Positions 30,934-40,355 of a stretch of DNA of 64,000 nt are shown one piece after another; within the stretch, counting starts at the first letter, position 1, and each line of letters begins with the position of its first letter. The notes beneath the pieces were generated by a model, which saw nothing but the letters and a program-made list of their open reading frames with translations, did not search any database and was not told where the DNA came from. Made by a program: the position numbers and the translations under genes. Source of the stretch: Candidatus Micrarchaeia archaeon (GTDB lineage Archaea; Micrarchaeota; Micrarchaeia; CABMEP01); the NCBI GenBank assembly GCA_038881595.1, contig JAVZPM010000001.1:295335-359334 (forward strand), read 5' to 3'.

Positions 30934-31605
30934 ATGAAAGAAAAAAGAAAACTCAAAGCAATAATCTTTGATATGGATAATACGCTTTTAGAACTGAATG
31001 TTGATTGGTATAAGCTTACAAACGATATAGATTATGAATACTTCCAGGGAAGGTATTCGCATCTAACTCCGCATAAGTTTTTTGTTGCTTTTTTCTCAAA
31101 GCTTTTAGATAAGCTTACAAACCGGCAGAAGAAAGAGATTAGAGAAAAAAGATTAGAGAAAGAGATGGAAGGACTGGCAACAGGCACATGTTTCCCTTAC
31201 AGAGGAATCTTGAAATCATTAAGTCAGAAATATAAGCTTGGTGTTGTGTCTGGAAATTATCGTCCAACAGTAATCAAAGCATTGCAAAAGTGCGGATTTA
31301 GAAAATATATTAAAGCAATAGTATCTATAGATGACGTTCCCGAATCAAAGCCATCCCCTCTTCCTCTGCAAAAGGCACTTAAAATGTTAAGGGTTAAGCC
31401 AGAGGAAGCAGTTTATGTGGGAGACCATCCAGATGATATAAAGGCAGCTAGAAATGCAGGCATGTCTTCCATCGGTGTGCTTACATACAAGAGAAAATAC
31501 GATCAACTTCAAAAAGAGAGTCCAGACTTAATAATAAAGAATCTGTTTGAACTTGAAAACGCAATTGATCAATTAGAGAATAAACTAAGAAAGAATGATG
31601 TCTGA
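30934..31605 (+). CDS. HAD-superfamily hydrolase (phosphoglycolate phosphatase-like)
   Basis: FDMDNT, KPSP, YVGDHPDD. Confidence 0.9.
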   Translation: MKEKRKLKAIIFDMDNTLLELNVDWYKLTNDIDYEYFQGRYSHLTPHKFFVAFFSKLLDKLTNRQKKEIREKRLEKEMEGLATGTCFPYRGILKSLSQKYKLGVVSGNYRPTVIKALQKCGFRKYIKAIVSIDDVPESKPSPLPLQKALKMLRVKPEEAVYVGDHPDDIKAARNAGMSSIGVLTYKRKYDQLQKESPDLIIKNLFELENAIDQLENKLRKNDV

Positions 31606-31650
31606 TTTTCTTAACTAGATGAATTTTAAATTTATTGCTTATATCTTATT

Positions 31651-31770
31651 ATGGCAGAATCTAAAAAGATATAGATTGGAATCTCTGGAATAGATGACAT
31701 GCTTAACGGTGGAGTACCTAAAAAACATCATGCGCTTGTTTCAGATGGGCATGGAAGTGGAAAAATTCTA
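31651..31770 (+). pseudogene. 5' remnant of a KaiC/RecA-superfamily ATPase
   Basis: MAESKKI*IGISGIDDMLNGGVPKKHHALVSDGHGSGK, with TAG at 31672-31674; similarity ends at the Walker A. Confidence 0.75.
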
Positions 31771-31791
31771 ATTCTACTTATAGGTGATATT

Positions 31792-33015
31792 ATGGATTTA
31801 AATCTTCCAAAAAGAAGAGAGACATTTCAGGTTAAAGTTGGAAACATAACCATTGGCAGCCAGCATCCAATTGTAGTTCAGTCAATGACAAATACTAATA
31901 CAGCTGATGTTGATGCAACTGTAAAACAGATAATTGAACTTAATCAAGCAGGTTCAGAAATGGTAAGGTTTACAGTAAAAGATGAAGAAATGGCAAAAGC
32001 AGTTCCAGAGATAAAGAAAAAACTTATCGACCAGGGATACACCCTTCCTCTAATAGGTGATTTCCATTTCAATGGTGATATTCTTCTTTCAAAATATCCA
32101 AAGATGGCGGAGTCTCTTGACAAATGGAGGATTAATCCAGGAAATGCAGGAAGCGATGAAAGATTTAGAAATATTATAAAGCTTGCAATAGACTACAACA
32201 AGCCTATAAGAATAGGTGTAAATGGGGGTTCATTGGATCAAAAACTTCTTGCAAGGATGATAGAAAAAGATCTGAAGAAACCAAAAGAAAAGCAGCTTGG
32301 TTCCCACAGAGTTTTTCTTGATGCAATGATAAAGAGCGCATTGACATCCGCAGAATCTGCAATAGAGGCAGGAATGCCAGAGAATGCAATCATACTTTCA
32401 GCTAAGGTGTCAAATGTGAGAGATCTGATTTATGTTTATTCCAATCTTGCAAAGAAATGCAAGTTTCCTCTTCATCTTGGGCTGACAGAAGCTGGAGGAG
32501 GATCAAAGGGAATTGTTGCATCAGCACAAGGAATAGGAATTCTTTTGAATCAAGGAATTGGAGATACGATTCGCGTTTCTATCACTCCAAGGCCGGGGCA
32601 CAGCAGGACTGAGGAAGTGATTGTTGCCCAAGAAATACTCCAAACTCTAGGCCTCAGGGCATTCTTCCCGATGGTTACAAGCTGTCCAGGGTGCGGAAGA
32701 ACAACAAGCACTGTTTTCCAGACAATCGCAGAGGAGATAAGTAATTATCTTCAGCAGCAGTCTCAGGTTTGGAGGGCGCAGGGATACAAGGGATTTGAAA
32801 ACATGAAGGTTGCAGTTATGGGTTGCATTGTGAATGGCCCTGGGGAGTCAAGAGAAGCAAACATAGGATTAAGTCTACCAGGCTCTGGTGAAACACCTTC
32901 AGCCCCTGTGTTTGCAGACGGAAAGCAGATTGCAACCCTGACAGGGGATGCAAAAACAATAGCAGATCAATACAAGAAATTGATAGAAGATTATGTGAAA
33001 AGTCATTATAAATAA
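31792..33015 (+). CDS. ispG: (E)-4-hydroxy-3-methylbut-2-enyl-diphosphate synthase
   Basis: VQSMTNT, GDFHFNG, RINPGN, RIGVNGGS, HLGLTEAG, GIGDTIRVS, CPGCGR, GCIVNGPGE; ATG at 31792 after aggtga RBS. Confidence 0.97.
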   Translation: MDLNLPKRRETFQVKVGNITIGSQHPIVVQSMTNTNTADVDATVKQIIELNQAGSEMVRFTVKDEEMAKAVPEIKKKLIDQGYTLPLIGDFHFNGDILLSKYPKMAESLDKWRINPGNAGSDERFRNIIKLAIDYNKPIRIGVNGGSLDQKLLARMIEKDLKKPKEKQLGSHRVFLDAMIKSALTSAESAIEAGMPENAIILSAKVSNVRDLIYVYSNLAKKCKFPLHLGLTEAGGGSKGIVASAQGIGILLNQGIGDTIRVSITPRPGHSRTEEVIVAQEILQTLGLRAFFPMVTSCPGCGRTTSTVFQTIAEEISNYLQQQSQVWRAQGYKGFENMKVAVMGCIVNGPGESREANIGLSLPGSGETPSAPVFADGKQIATLTGDAKTIADQYKKLIEDYVKSHYK

Positions 33016-33115
33016 ACGATTAAAAAAGGAAATAGTTATAAAATTATCTATTAAATACTATACCATATTTTAAGCTTTTATTTCTTAGAATATTGCAATT
33101 GATTTGGTGGGTTAA

Positions 33116-35938
33116 ATGAAGAAAATTGTAGGTATATTTTTGGCTTTCTTCTTATTTGGATTGCTGAGTGCAGTCTCTATCGATTTAATCTCTCCTGAAA
33201 ACAACACGTTCACAAATCAAAAAACTGTTGCTTTTATGTTTAATGCTACAGATAATGAAACTACAAATTTAATTTGTAGTTTATATATCAATAGTGCATT
33301 GAATATGACGAATTCAAGCGTTGAAAATAACTCAATAACTATATTCACACAGATTTTTTTTGATGGTAATTACTTATGGTACATAAATTGTAGTAACGGA
33401 ACAGATTTTGCTATTTCAGAAATCAGAAATTTAACTATTGATAGTTATCCAGTCAATGTATCATTTACAATTGTTGAAGAACCTGATTACTTTGTTTCAA
33501 GTGATCCAGCCAATAATAGAATAACATTACTTGTTAACGCATCAGATATTGGACCCGCTGGAATTGACTATTTAACTGCAAACTTCACAGCGCTGCGGCA
33601 ACCAGGGATATCTTATATTAATATGACATATAATGATACAACAGGATTGTGGAATGCAACTATAACAGTTACTAATGTAAGTAATTTTGAATTCACTCCA
33701 CTTAATGTTTCTGTATTCGGTCAAGATAAAGCAGGAAATGGTTTAGTAGGTTGGACATATACAACAGTAATACTCTATAACATGTCAGTTCCCCCAGTAG
33801 GATCAGAATGTCAAGCATGGGGTCCGTTGATGACGAATCTTACAAAAATATCTGACTTTAATTCGGTAAACTTTATAATAGACTTACAAATGAATATTTC
33901 ATGTTTAACAAATACTACATTTAGTTCACCATATCCTTCTTGGCTTAACGAAATGACAACATTAGCACTATTAAACTTTTCAAATGTAAATCTTTCAGAT
34001 CAATCAATAGGAATGAAACTTGGAAATTTATTCCAAAATATAAAAGTAAATATTACATTACCGGGTCAATTTGGGGATTCAAGAATATATGTTAATAGCT
34101 ATGCTTTACAAGAATTTGATACAAATACAACTATAAAGTTATTCCATCTTCCATTTTTGTCAAAGCCTGAAATAGAATCTGATGGAGATGCAAAAGGATT
34201 AGATAATTCTTTCCAAATTCTTTGGGAGCAGGGAATTGGAGAGGGAAATCTTACTTTCAAGGTTAAAGGTTTTTCTGGTTACAATATAAGTGACAGTTCT
34301 CCTCCAGTTATAAAATTAGAAAATATAGATAATGGCTCATACGTTAATTCATCAACACCATTGATCAATCTGACTTTAAATGGAACAAAGACAAAGATAA
34401 GTTATTTGTTTGTAAAAATAGATGATGTAAACTATACTTATAATACTACAGTTAATGAGACAAATTGTCAAGAAACTTTAGATCCAGAAATAATGAGTTG
34501 TGTATTTACTTCTTCGAACCTTTCTCAAGGTAATCACACTTTATTTATTTTAGCAAGAGATTATGGAGGAAGTAACGGAAATGTTGCAAACAAATCAATT
34601 GTTTTCTTTGTAGATTCACTGAAACCAACATTAAATGTTTCCTCTCCTGAAAATGACACAGTCTATAACTCAGTTACAATTAATGTAATAGGAACATCAT
34701 TAGATTCAAATTTAAATTATACGAATGTCTCTATATATAACATTACGAATGAAATTGAGAATTATTCGATTACAAGTAACTCAAGTTGGATAATGAGATT
34801 TATCTTAAAAAACGGCAGTACATATAACGTATCTATAAAGACATATGATAAAGCAGGAAATTATGAAACCATTTTAATAAAGAATATTACTATAAATGAT
34901 TCGTATGCACCAAATATAACTGCGATAAGTGCAACTACGTCAGGCTTGACGGTAACGTTAAGTGTTACTACTGACGAATTTGCAGTATGCAGATTTGCAA
35001 CTAGCGATATTGATTATGAAAACATGTCAAATATGACAACTACAGGAGGAGTGTCACACAGCCATTCAATAACATATAGTTCAACAACATCAGGAACATA
35101 TTATGTAAGATGTGCAGATCCGATTGGAAACACAATGAATACTTCAAATAGCACTACATTTAGTGTTGTAAAGTCTTCAGGAGGTTCAGGTTCTTCAAGC
35201 CAGCAGACAACAAATATAACCACACCTTTGCCTCCGATCACACCGCCAGTGACTCAACCGCAACCTGAAGAAACACCAGCTCCAACAACACCTGTAAGCA
35301 TTGTTTCATCAACTGCTTCAACAGCTGTGTTTAGCTTGAATGCAGTTGCTGGAGAATCAATAAATATAGATATTGCAAAGATGGCAAGCGGAGTTGCACA
35401 AGGCACTGGAATATCAAAGATATCAATCGCTACAAGATCAGCGGTATCTAATGTGCAAGTTTCAATTAAACCAGTAGAAAAGCCATCTTCCATTCCAGAG
35501 CCATCAAAGAAGGTTCTCAATTACATTGAGATTAGCTTTGGAGGAGCAAGCGATGCAGTTCAAAGCGCAAAGTTAACATTCACATTGAAGAAGTCAGACA
35601 TCAGGAAGCAAAACATAGATTCAGATACAATCAAGCTCCTAAGATATGCAAACGGACAATGGCAGGAGCTCCAGACAGTGAAAGGATTTGAGGATCTTGA
35701 ATCAATAACATTTGAAGCAACCACACCCGGTTTCAGCTACTTTGCAATTGCAGGAGATGAGATAAAGGCTCCAGCAGAAATTCCTAAAGTTACAACAACC
35801 ACTGAAGAAGAGCCTGGAATAACAGTGGTTTCTCAAAAGAAGGAGGAGAGCCCGTTAGGATTGATACTGCTGTTAGCAGTTATCCTGATAATAGGATACA
35901 TTGTGCTCAGCAGCCAGAAGCCGTGGAAGATAAAATAA
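33116..35938 (+). CDS. Cell-surface glycoprotein with Ig-like repeats and PGF-pre-PGF domain
   Basis: Signal peptide; many N-x-S/T sequons; SGGSG/PT-rich linker; ATTPGFSYFAI; C-terminal TM. Confidence 0.85.
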   Translation: MKKIVGIFLAFFLFGLLSAVSIDLISPENNTFTNQKTVAFMFNATDNETTNLICSLYINSALNMTNSSVENNSITIFTQIFFDGNYLWYINCSNGTDFAISEIRNLTIDSYPVNVSFTIVEEPDYFVSSDPANNRITLLVNASDIGPAGIDYLTANFTALRQPGISYINMTYNDTTGLWNATITVTNVSNFEFTPLNVSVFGQDKAGNGLVGWTYTTVILYNMSVPPVGSECQAWGPLMTNLTKISDFNSVNFIIDLQMNISCLTNTTFSSPYPSWLNEMTTLALLNFSNVNLSDQSIGMKLGNLFQNIKVNITLPGQFGDSRIYVNSYALQEFDTNTTIKLFHLPFLSKPEIESDGDAKGLDNSFQILWEQGIGEGNLTFKVKGFSGYNISDSSPPVIKLENIDNGSYVNSSTPLINLTLNGTKTKISYLFVKIDDVNYTYNTTVNETNCQETLDPEIMSCVFTSSNLSQGNHTLFILARDYGGSNGNVANKSIVFFVDSLKPTLNVSSPENDTVYNSVTINVIGTSLDSNLNYTNVSIYNITNEIENYSITSNSSWIMRFILKNGSTYNVSIKTYDKAGNYETILIKNITINDSYAPNITAISATTSGLTVTLSVTTDEFAVCRFATSDIDYENMSNMTTTGGVSHSHSITYSSTTSGTYYVRCADPIGNTMNTSNSTTFSVVKSSGGSGSSSQQTTNITTPLPPITPPVTQPQPEETPAPTTPVSIVSSTASTAVFSLNAVAGESINIDIAKMASGVAQGTGISKISIATRSAVSNVQVSIKPVEKPSSIPEPSKKVLNYIEISFGGASDAVQSAKLTFTLKKSDIRKQNIDSDTIKLLRYANGQWQELQTVKGFEDLESITFEATTPGFSYFAIAGDEIKAPAEIPKVTTTTEEEPGITVVSQKKEESPLGLILLLAVILIIGYIVLSSQKPWKIK

Positions 35939-35972
35939 ATTAAGTCAAGTCAAATTAAACCATCTGGATAAA

Positions 35973-36010
35973 AGGGCGCAAGCCCTACTTTTTATTTTTT
36001 ATTTATTTTT
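35973..36010 (+). terminator. Hairpin plus T-tract terminator
   Basis: AGGGC-GCAA-GCCCT followed by actttttattttttatttatttt. Confidence 0.6.
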
Positions 36011-36106
36011 CTTTGTTCCTTTTTATATAATATTTTTGCTAGATTTATATTTCTTTCTTCTTTAATTCATATGAGTTATTTTAAAACAAATTATTTAGGT
36101 GTTTTT

Positions 36107-36946
36107 ATGGAAATTATTGTTGCTGAGCCGAAAGGTTTCTGTTTTGGAGTAAAAAGATCAATAGACATGGTTGAAAAAGCAATCAAGGAAGGAAAGAAAA
36201 ACATCCAGATTTTTGGTCCTATAGTTCATAATCCTCAGCAAATCGCGCTTCTTGAAAAGAAAGGAGTAAAGATGGTTAATACTATTAATGAGATTCAGCC
36301 AGGAACAGTCTTTATAAGGGCACATGGAGTCTCACCAGAGGTTTTCAAGCAAATTAAGGAAAAAGCAGGAGTGGAGGTAATTGATGCAACATGTCCATTT
36401 GTTAAAGTAGAGCAGGAATATGCAAAGAAGCTTTCAGAAGAGGGCTATCAAGTGGTAATAATAGGTGAAAAGAATCATCCAGAAGCTCTCGGTGCACAAG
36501 GATATGCTCCAGGTTCTATTATAATAGGAAGTGTTGAAGAAGCAAGAGAGCTGAAAGAAACACCTAAGATCGGAGCCGTAGTTCAAACTACATTAGAGCC
36601 AGAGGCAGTCGATGACATAGTCGCAGAACTTTATCATAAGGCAAAGGAAGTAAGGGTTTTCAATACAATCTGCCAATCAACAAAGATGAGACAGCCAGCT
36701 GCAAGGAAGGTTGCACAGGAAGCTGATATAATGATAGTTGTTGGTGGAAAAAATAGTGGAAATACAAGAAGGCTTGCTGAGGTTTGCAGTAGAATAAAAC
36801 CAACCTATCATATTGAGACTGCTGCCGAGCTTAAAAAGGAGTGGTTTAAAGGAGTAAACAAGGTTGGAATCAGCGCAGGTGCTTCCACACCTGAATTTAT
36901 CATAGATGAAGTTATAGAAGAAATAAAGAAGATTCACAAGAAGTAA
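36107..36946 (+). CDS. ispH: 4-hydroxy-3-methylbut-2-enyl diphosphate reductase
   Basis: Three Fe-S Cys (GFCFGV, DATCPFV, TICQST); IVHN, RAHG, HPE, SGN, AGASTP. Confidence 0.97.
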   Translation: MEIIVAEPKGFCFGVKRSIDMVEKAIKEGKKNIQIFGPIVHNPQQIALLEKKGVKMVNTINEIQPGTVFIRAHGVSPEVFKQIKEKAGVEVIDATCPFVKVEQEYAKKLSEEGYQVVIIGEKNHPEALGAQGYAPGSIIIGSVEEARELKETPKIGAVVQTTLEPEAVDDIVAELYHKAKEVRVFNTICQSTKMRQPAARKVAQEADIMIVVGGKNSGNTRRLAEVCSRIKPTYHIETAAELKKEWFKGVNKVGISAGASTPEFIIDEVIEEIKKIHKK

Positions 36947-37030
36947 ACTAGAGATTTTCTATTATTTTTTACTCTATAATTTTCTATTTTTTTTATTTAC
37001 ATTAGCATAGCGAAAGATTTATATACCTAA

Positions 37031-37052
37031 ATTATGAATATATATTCATAAT
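37031..37052. promoter_or_regulatory. Perfect 22-bp palindrome, candidate operator
   Basis: ATTATGAATATATATTCATAAT just downstream of BRE/TATA-like gcgaaagatttatata. Confidence 0.75.
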
Positions 37053-37078
37053 ATAAAAAAACAAATGAGGTGAATATT

Positions 37079-37384
37079 ATGCCTTACATGGATGGAAAAG
37101 GTCCATTAGGACTCGGCCCAGCAACGGGAAGAGGAATGGGTAGATGCATAAGAAATGAAGGAGATACAACAAAAAATGTTGGTAGAGGGTTTGGAAGGAG
37201 CTTAGGAAGAGGCTTAGGTAGAGGATTTAGACACCGAATATTATATGAAAGGAGTGACAATTTAGTAAAACTAACAACTGAAGAAAAAATAAAATTTCTT
37301 GAGTCTGAGTTAAAAATGTTGGAATTAAGAAAACAAGAAATAGAGAAAAAAATCAACGAACTAAAGCAAAATTTAAAAGAATAA
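37079..37384 (+). CDS. DUF5320-like Gly/Arg-rich protein
   Basis: MP..DGKGPLGLGPATGRGMG, GRG repeats, C-terminal coiled coil. Confidence 0.85.
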   Translation: MPYMDGKGPLGLGPATGRGMGRCIRNEGDTTKNVGRGFGRSLGRGLGRGFRHRILYERSDNLVKLTTEEKIKFLESELKMLELRKQEIEKKINELKQNLKE

Positions 37385-37400
37385 AATAAGAAAAGATATA

Positions 37401-37706
37401 ATGGCAAGGCCTTTTCGCTGTAGGAGAGTTTGGTCTATTCCAGAGTTCACTTATTTCAAACCTGCAGGAGTAAGAATGAAAGAACTTGAGGAAGTAGTAT
37501 TAACTGTAGATGAATTCGAGGCAATAAGGTTGAAAGATCTAGAAGGTCTTGAACAAGAACAGGTAGCAGAAAAAATGAACGTTTCACAACCAACTCTCCA
37601 CAGACTTCTTCTTTCCGCTAGGAGAAAAATAGCAGAAGCTATTGTAAAAGGAAAGGCAATAAAAATAGAAGGCGGCACTTATGTGTTTTCAGAAAATGAA
37701 AAATAG
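37401..37706 (+). CDS. DUF134 HTH DNA-binding protein
   Basis: MARP..CRR, FKPAG, EAIRLKDLEGLEQ, MNVSQPT. Confidence 0.92.
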   Translation: MARPFRCRRVWSIPEFTYFKPAGVRMKELEEVVLTVDEFEAIRLKDLEGLEQEQVAEKMNVSQPTLHRLLLSARRKIAEAIVKGKAIKIEGGTYVFSENEK

Positions 37707-37736
37707 AAAAAAAGAATAAAATCTATTTGTTATATT

Positions 37737-38693
37737 TTAATCTCTTATACCTTCAGGAGTGACTTTAAACACACATTCTCCTTCTGGCATGTTTGGTGAA
37801 TCTATGAGTCTTGCAATTCTTTTTTCTTCTTTTCCTCTTCTTAAATACACTCTATAAGTAGATTGATGCGCGAGCACATGTCCTCCGATAGGTGTTGTAG
37901 GATCACCGAATAGGATTGCAGGATTATCCATAACTTGGTTTGTAATGTAAACTGCAACATTGTATGTGTCAGCAAGTCTTTGGAGCGCACGAATGTGTCT
38001 ATTCAGCTTCTGTTGTCTCTCACCAAGAGCCCCTCTTCCTACATAATCTGATCTAAATTGAGAGGTTAAAGAATCAACTATAATCAGTTTTATATTCTCT
38101 TTCTTTATCAACTCATCAGCCTTTTCAACCAGAAGAATTTGATGATCTGAATTCATAGCTCTTGCAACATGGATGTTTTTTAACACCTGATCTGGATCCA
38201 TTCCCTGCGCTTCTGCAATTTGCCTTATTCTTTCAGGTCTGAATGTAGCCTCAGAATCGATAAAAAGAACTTTTCCACCAAGCCCACCTTGACCTTCAGG
38301 CTTTTGGACATTCACTGCAAGTTGGAACCCTACTTGTGTTTTCCCTGAACCAAACTTACCAAAGAATTCTGTTATTGCTTGCGTTTCTACTCCTCCTCCA
38401 AGAAGTTCATCAAGTTCCTTTGATCCAGTGCTAATTTTTGCTATTTGTTTTCTTCTCTCATAAACTTGATCTCCAGTTTCAAATCCAATTTCCGTTGCTT
38501 TCTTTGCAGCTTCTATTGCTTTTTTCGCATTATCAACGCTAATTTCCCCTATTTCTGCAAGTTCATGTGGGGATGCAGTTGCAATTTTTTCAATAGTATC
38601 ATATCCCTCTGCTCTAAGCTTCTCAGCAGTTGCAGGCCCTATACCTGGAAGGTCTTCTAATTCTCTTACATACTCGCTTTTTTCTTTTGCCAT
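37737..38693 (-). CDS. radA: DNA repair and recombination protein RadA
   Basis: HhH N-domain, [29 protein letters not shown]. Confidence 0.98.
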   Translation of the reverse strand: MAKEKSEYVRELEDLPGIGPATAEKLRAEGYDTIEKIATASPHELAEIGEISVDNAKKAIEAAKKATEIGFETGDQVYERRKQIAKISTGSKELDELLGGGVETQAITEFFGKFGSGKTQVGFQLAVNVQKPEGQGGLGGKVLFIDSEATFRPERIRQIAEAQGMDPDQVLKNIHVARAMNSDHQILLVEKADELIKKENIKLIIVDSLTSQFRSDYVGRGALGERQQKLNRHIRALQRLADTYNVAVYITNQVMDNPAILFGDPTTPIGGHVLAHQSTYRVYLRRGKEEKRIARLIDSPNMPEGECVFKVTPEGIRD

Positions 38694-38908
38694 ACTATCA
38701 CCAATAATTCACCAAAAGTCAATCAATATCCTAATTATTATATATTTATGTCTTTCGAAAATTAATCTATTTTATAATTAACTTCTTTTTTTATATTAAC
38801 TTAAATATTTATATATCTCATCTAACCTCATTTCCAGTGATTTTAGAAGAAGTTTTACCATTTATATAAGATAACAATAATATATAACTTTTTAATTTTA
38901 TAGTCAGT

Positions 38909-39865
38909 TTATTCATTTGCAAAATCAAGAATTCTTTCTAATGATTCTTTTGGAGATTCAATTGTATTAAGTAAGATAATATCACATTTCTGAAGTAATT
39001 TCTCATATGCGTTTTTCCTTACTTTTGTTTTCCAGCTATTTTTCTGTAGCCAATGCGGATTAAAGAAGTCATTACTTATCAAATGCTTTAGTGCTTCTTT
39101 CGAGGTTAATCTTGTAACAACAGGCTTATTTAATTCTCTTCTTAGAATTATGAATTTGTTTATATCTACTGATTCAGCTATTTTATCCTTTCCTACAACC
39201 TTTGAAAGATTCAGTATTGCTCTTCCTTTATTATCTATCTTTGCAAATCTCATTATATCTTTATATTCTTTCCAGCTTTGGCTTAGATCTGCTCTAATGT
39301 ATGTATTTTTTTCACTCCTATATCCCATAACTGTTCCATTTATAAACTTAAAATAAAACCAATCATCAGCTACTATTTTTGTATTTTGGTTTGTCAAAAG
39401 CCCATAGCTTAGTGTTGTTTTTCCAGTTCCTGAAGGGCCTAGGATACAAGTTCCATTTCCATTTATACTTAGTAAGGCTGCATGAGCTGAAAATATATTA
39501 TGGTTATCCTCTAATACATCTCCTATAAGTGCTAACGCAACCGATTTTAACCAGCCATAGTAATCATTATTTTTGAAGAAAGCAGTTCTTGATTTAGGAT
39601 CATAGTGTACAGTTGGAATTCCTTTAGCAGAAGATCCAGATTTGATTGATAATAGTTTTGCATGCGATCTTATCCCTTCATCAATGAAAAACCAGTTTTC
39701 ATCCCATTGGTCTTCCCATTCTTCACTATCTGAATAGAAATGTAGACATGCGCCGCTTATATTCGCCTTTCTTTCGAAAATTACGGAAGGAATGTACCTT
39801 TTGTACATCCTTTCCTTTTCATCTATGTTTATTATTTTTTTAACATATTTAGATTTAGTAGACAT
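38909..39865 (-). CDS. HPr kinase/PEPCK-like P-loop protein
   Basis: HAALL...GPSGTGKTT...VADDW signature. Confidence 0.8.
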   Translation of the reverse strand: MSTKSKYVKKIINIDEKERMYKRYIPSVIFERKANISGACLHFYSDSEEWEDQWDENWFFIDEGIRSHAKLLSIKSGSSAKGIPTVHYDPKSRTAFFKNNDYYGWLKSVALALIGDVLEDNHNIFSAHAALLSINGNGTCILGPSGTGKTTLSYGLLTNQNTKIVADDWFYFKFINGTVMGYRSEKNTYIRADLSQSWKEYKDIMRFAKIDNKGRAILNLSKVVGKDKIAESVDINKFIILRRELNKPVVTRLTSKEALKHLISNDFFNPHWLQKNSWKTKVRKNAYEKLLQKCDIILLNTIESPKESLERILDFANE

Positions 39866-39972
39866 ATGTTAATGGTTGGATGGTAATATTTATAATATTT
39901 ACACGTGTATATAAAATGTCAGCATGCTAGCTATGCTAGCAATTTACATTCTAAAAACAAAGGTGAGATAAT

Positions 39973-40326
39973 ATGAAGAAATTAGGAGTATTGATGGCAT
40001 TATTTCTTTTAGGAACATTGGTTTTTGCAGCAGGGGAAGCAACAACAGCAAGTGAAAATTTGAAAAAAGTTCTTAGAGAGGTATGCAATCTTTCTGCAGG
40101 CCTTCTGGGTCCAATTGCATTCGTTCTTATCGTTCTTGCAGGAGTTGTATATGCAGGTAGTCAGTTCTTTGGAGCTGAGGCAAGAGCAACAGGTTCTAAG
40201 TGGGCAATGACAATGATAACTGGAGCAATAGTAGCATTCTTGTTATGGATTATAGGTCCAATGGTAATAGCCGCATTTGGTGGCGGAACCTATCAAATTG
40301 GTTCAAGCGCATGCTCTGGTTTCTAA
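39973..40326 (+). CDS. VirB2/TrbC-like pilin 1
   Basis: Signal peptide (VFA|A) and two hydrophobic helices around GAEARA..KWA. Confidence 0.75.
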   Translation: MKKLGVLMALFLLGTLVFAAGEATTASENLKKVLREVCNLSAGLLGPIAFVLIVLAGVVYAGSQFFGAEARATGSKWAMTMITGAIVAFLLWIIGPMVIAAFGGGTYQIGSSACSGF

Positions 40327-40355
40327 TAAGTAATTTTTTCTTTTGGTTGATTATT

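Noticed and set aside
30108..31605. HAD pair as part of the MEP pathway
   Set aside because: Adjacency only; the MEP pathway has no HAD step, and the KaiC stub suggests ispG arrived later
15724..31674. Stop-codon recoding (in-frame TGA in DUF192, TAG in the KaiC stub)
   Set aside because: TGA ends conserved genes (top6A, spt5, rpl11) and TAG ends others (7081-8034, 41279-42100); both loci carry additional lesions, so decay is the simpler explanation
31699..31791. N-terminal P-loop extension of IspG
   Set aside because: It belongs to the KaiC-like remnant; ispG has its own RBS and ATG at 31792
40200..40355. Track start of the 187-aa ORF
   Set aside because: It overlaps pilin 1 in another frame; the signal peptide and paralogy support ATG 40356
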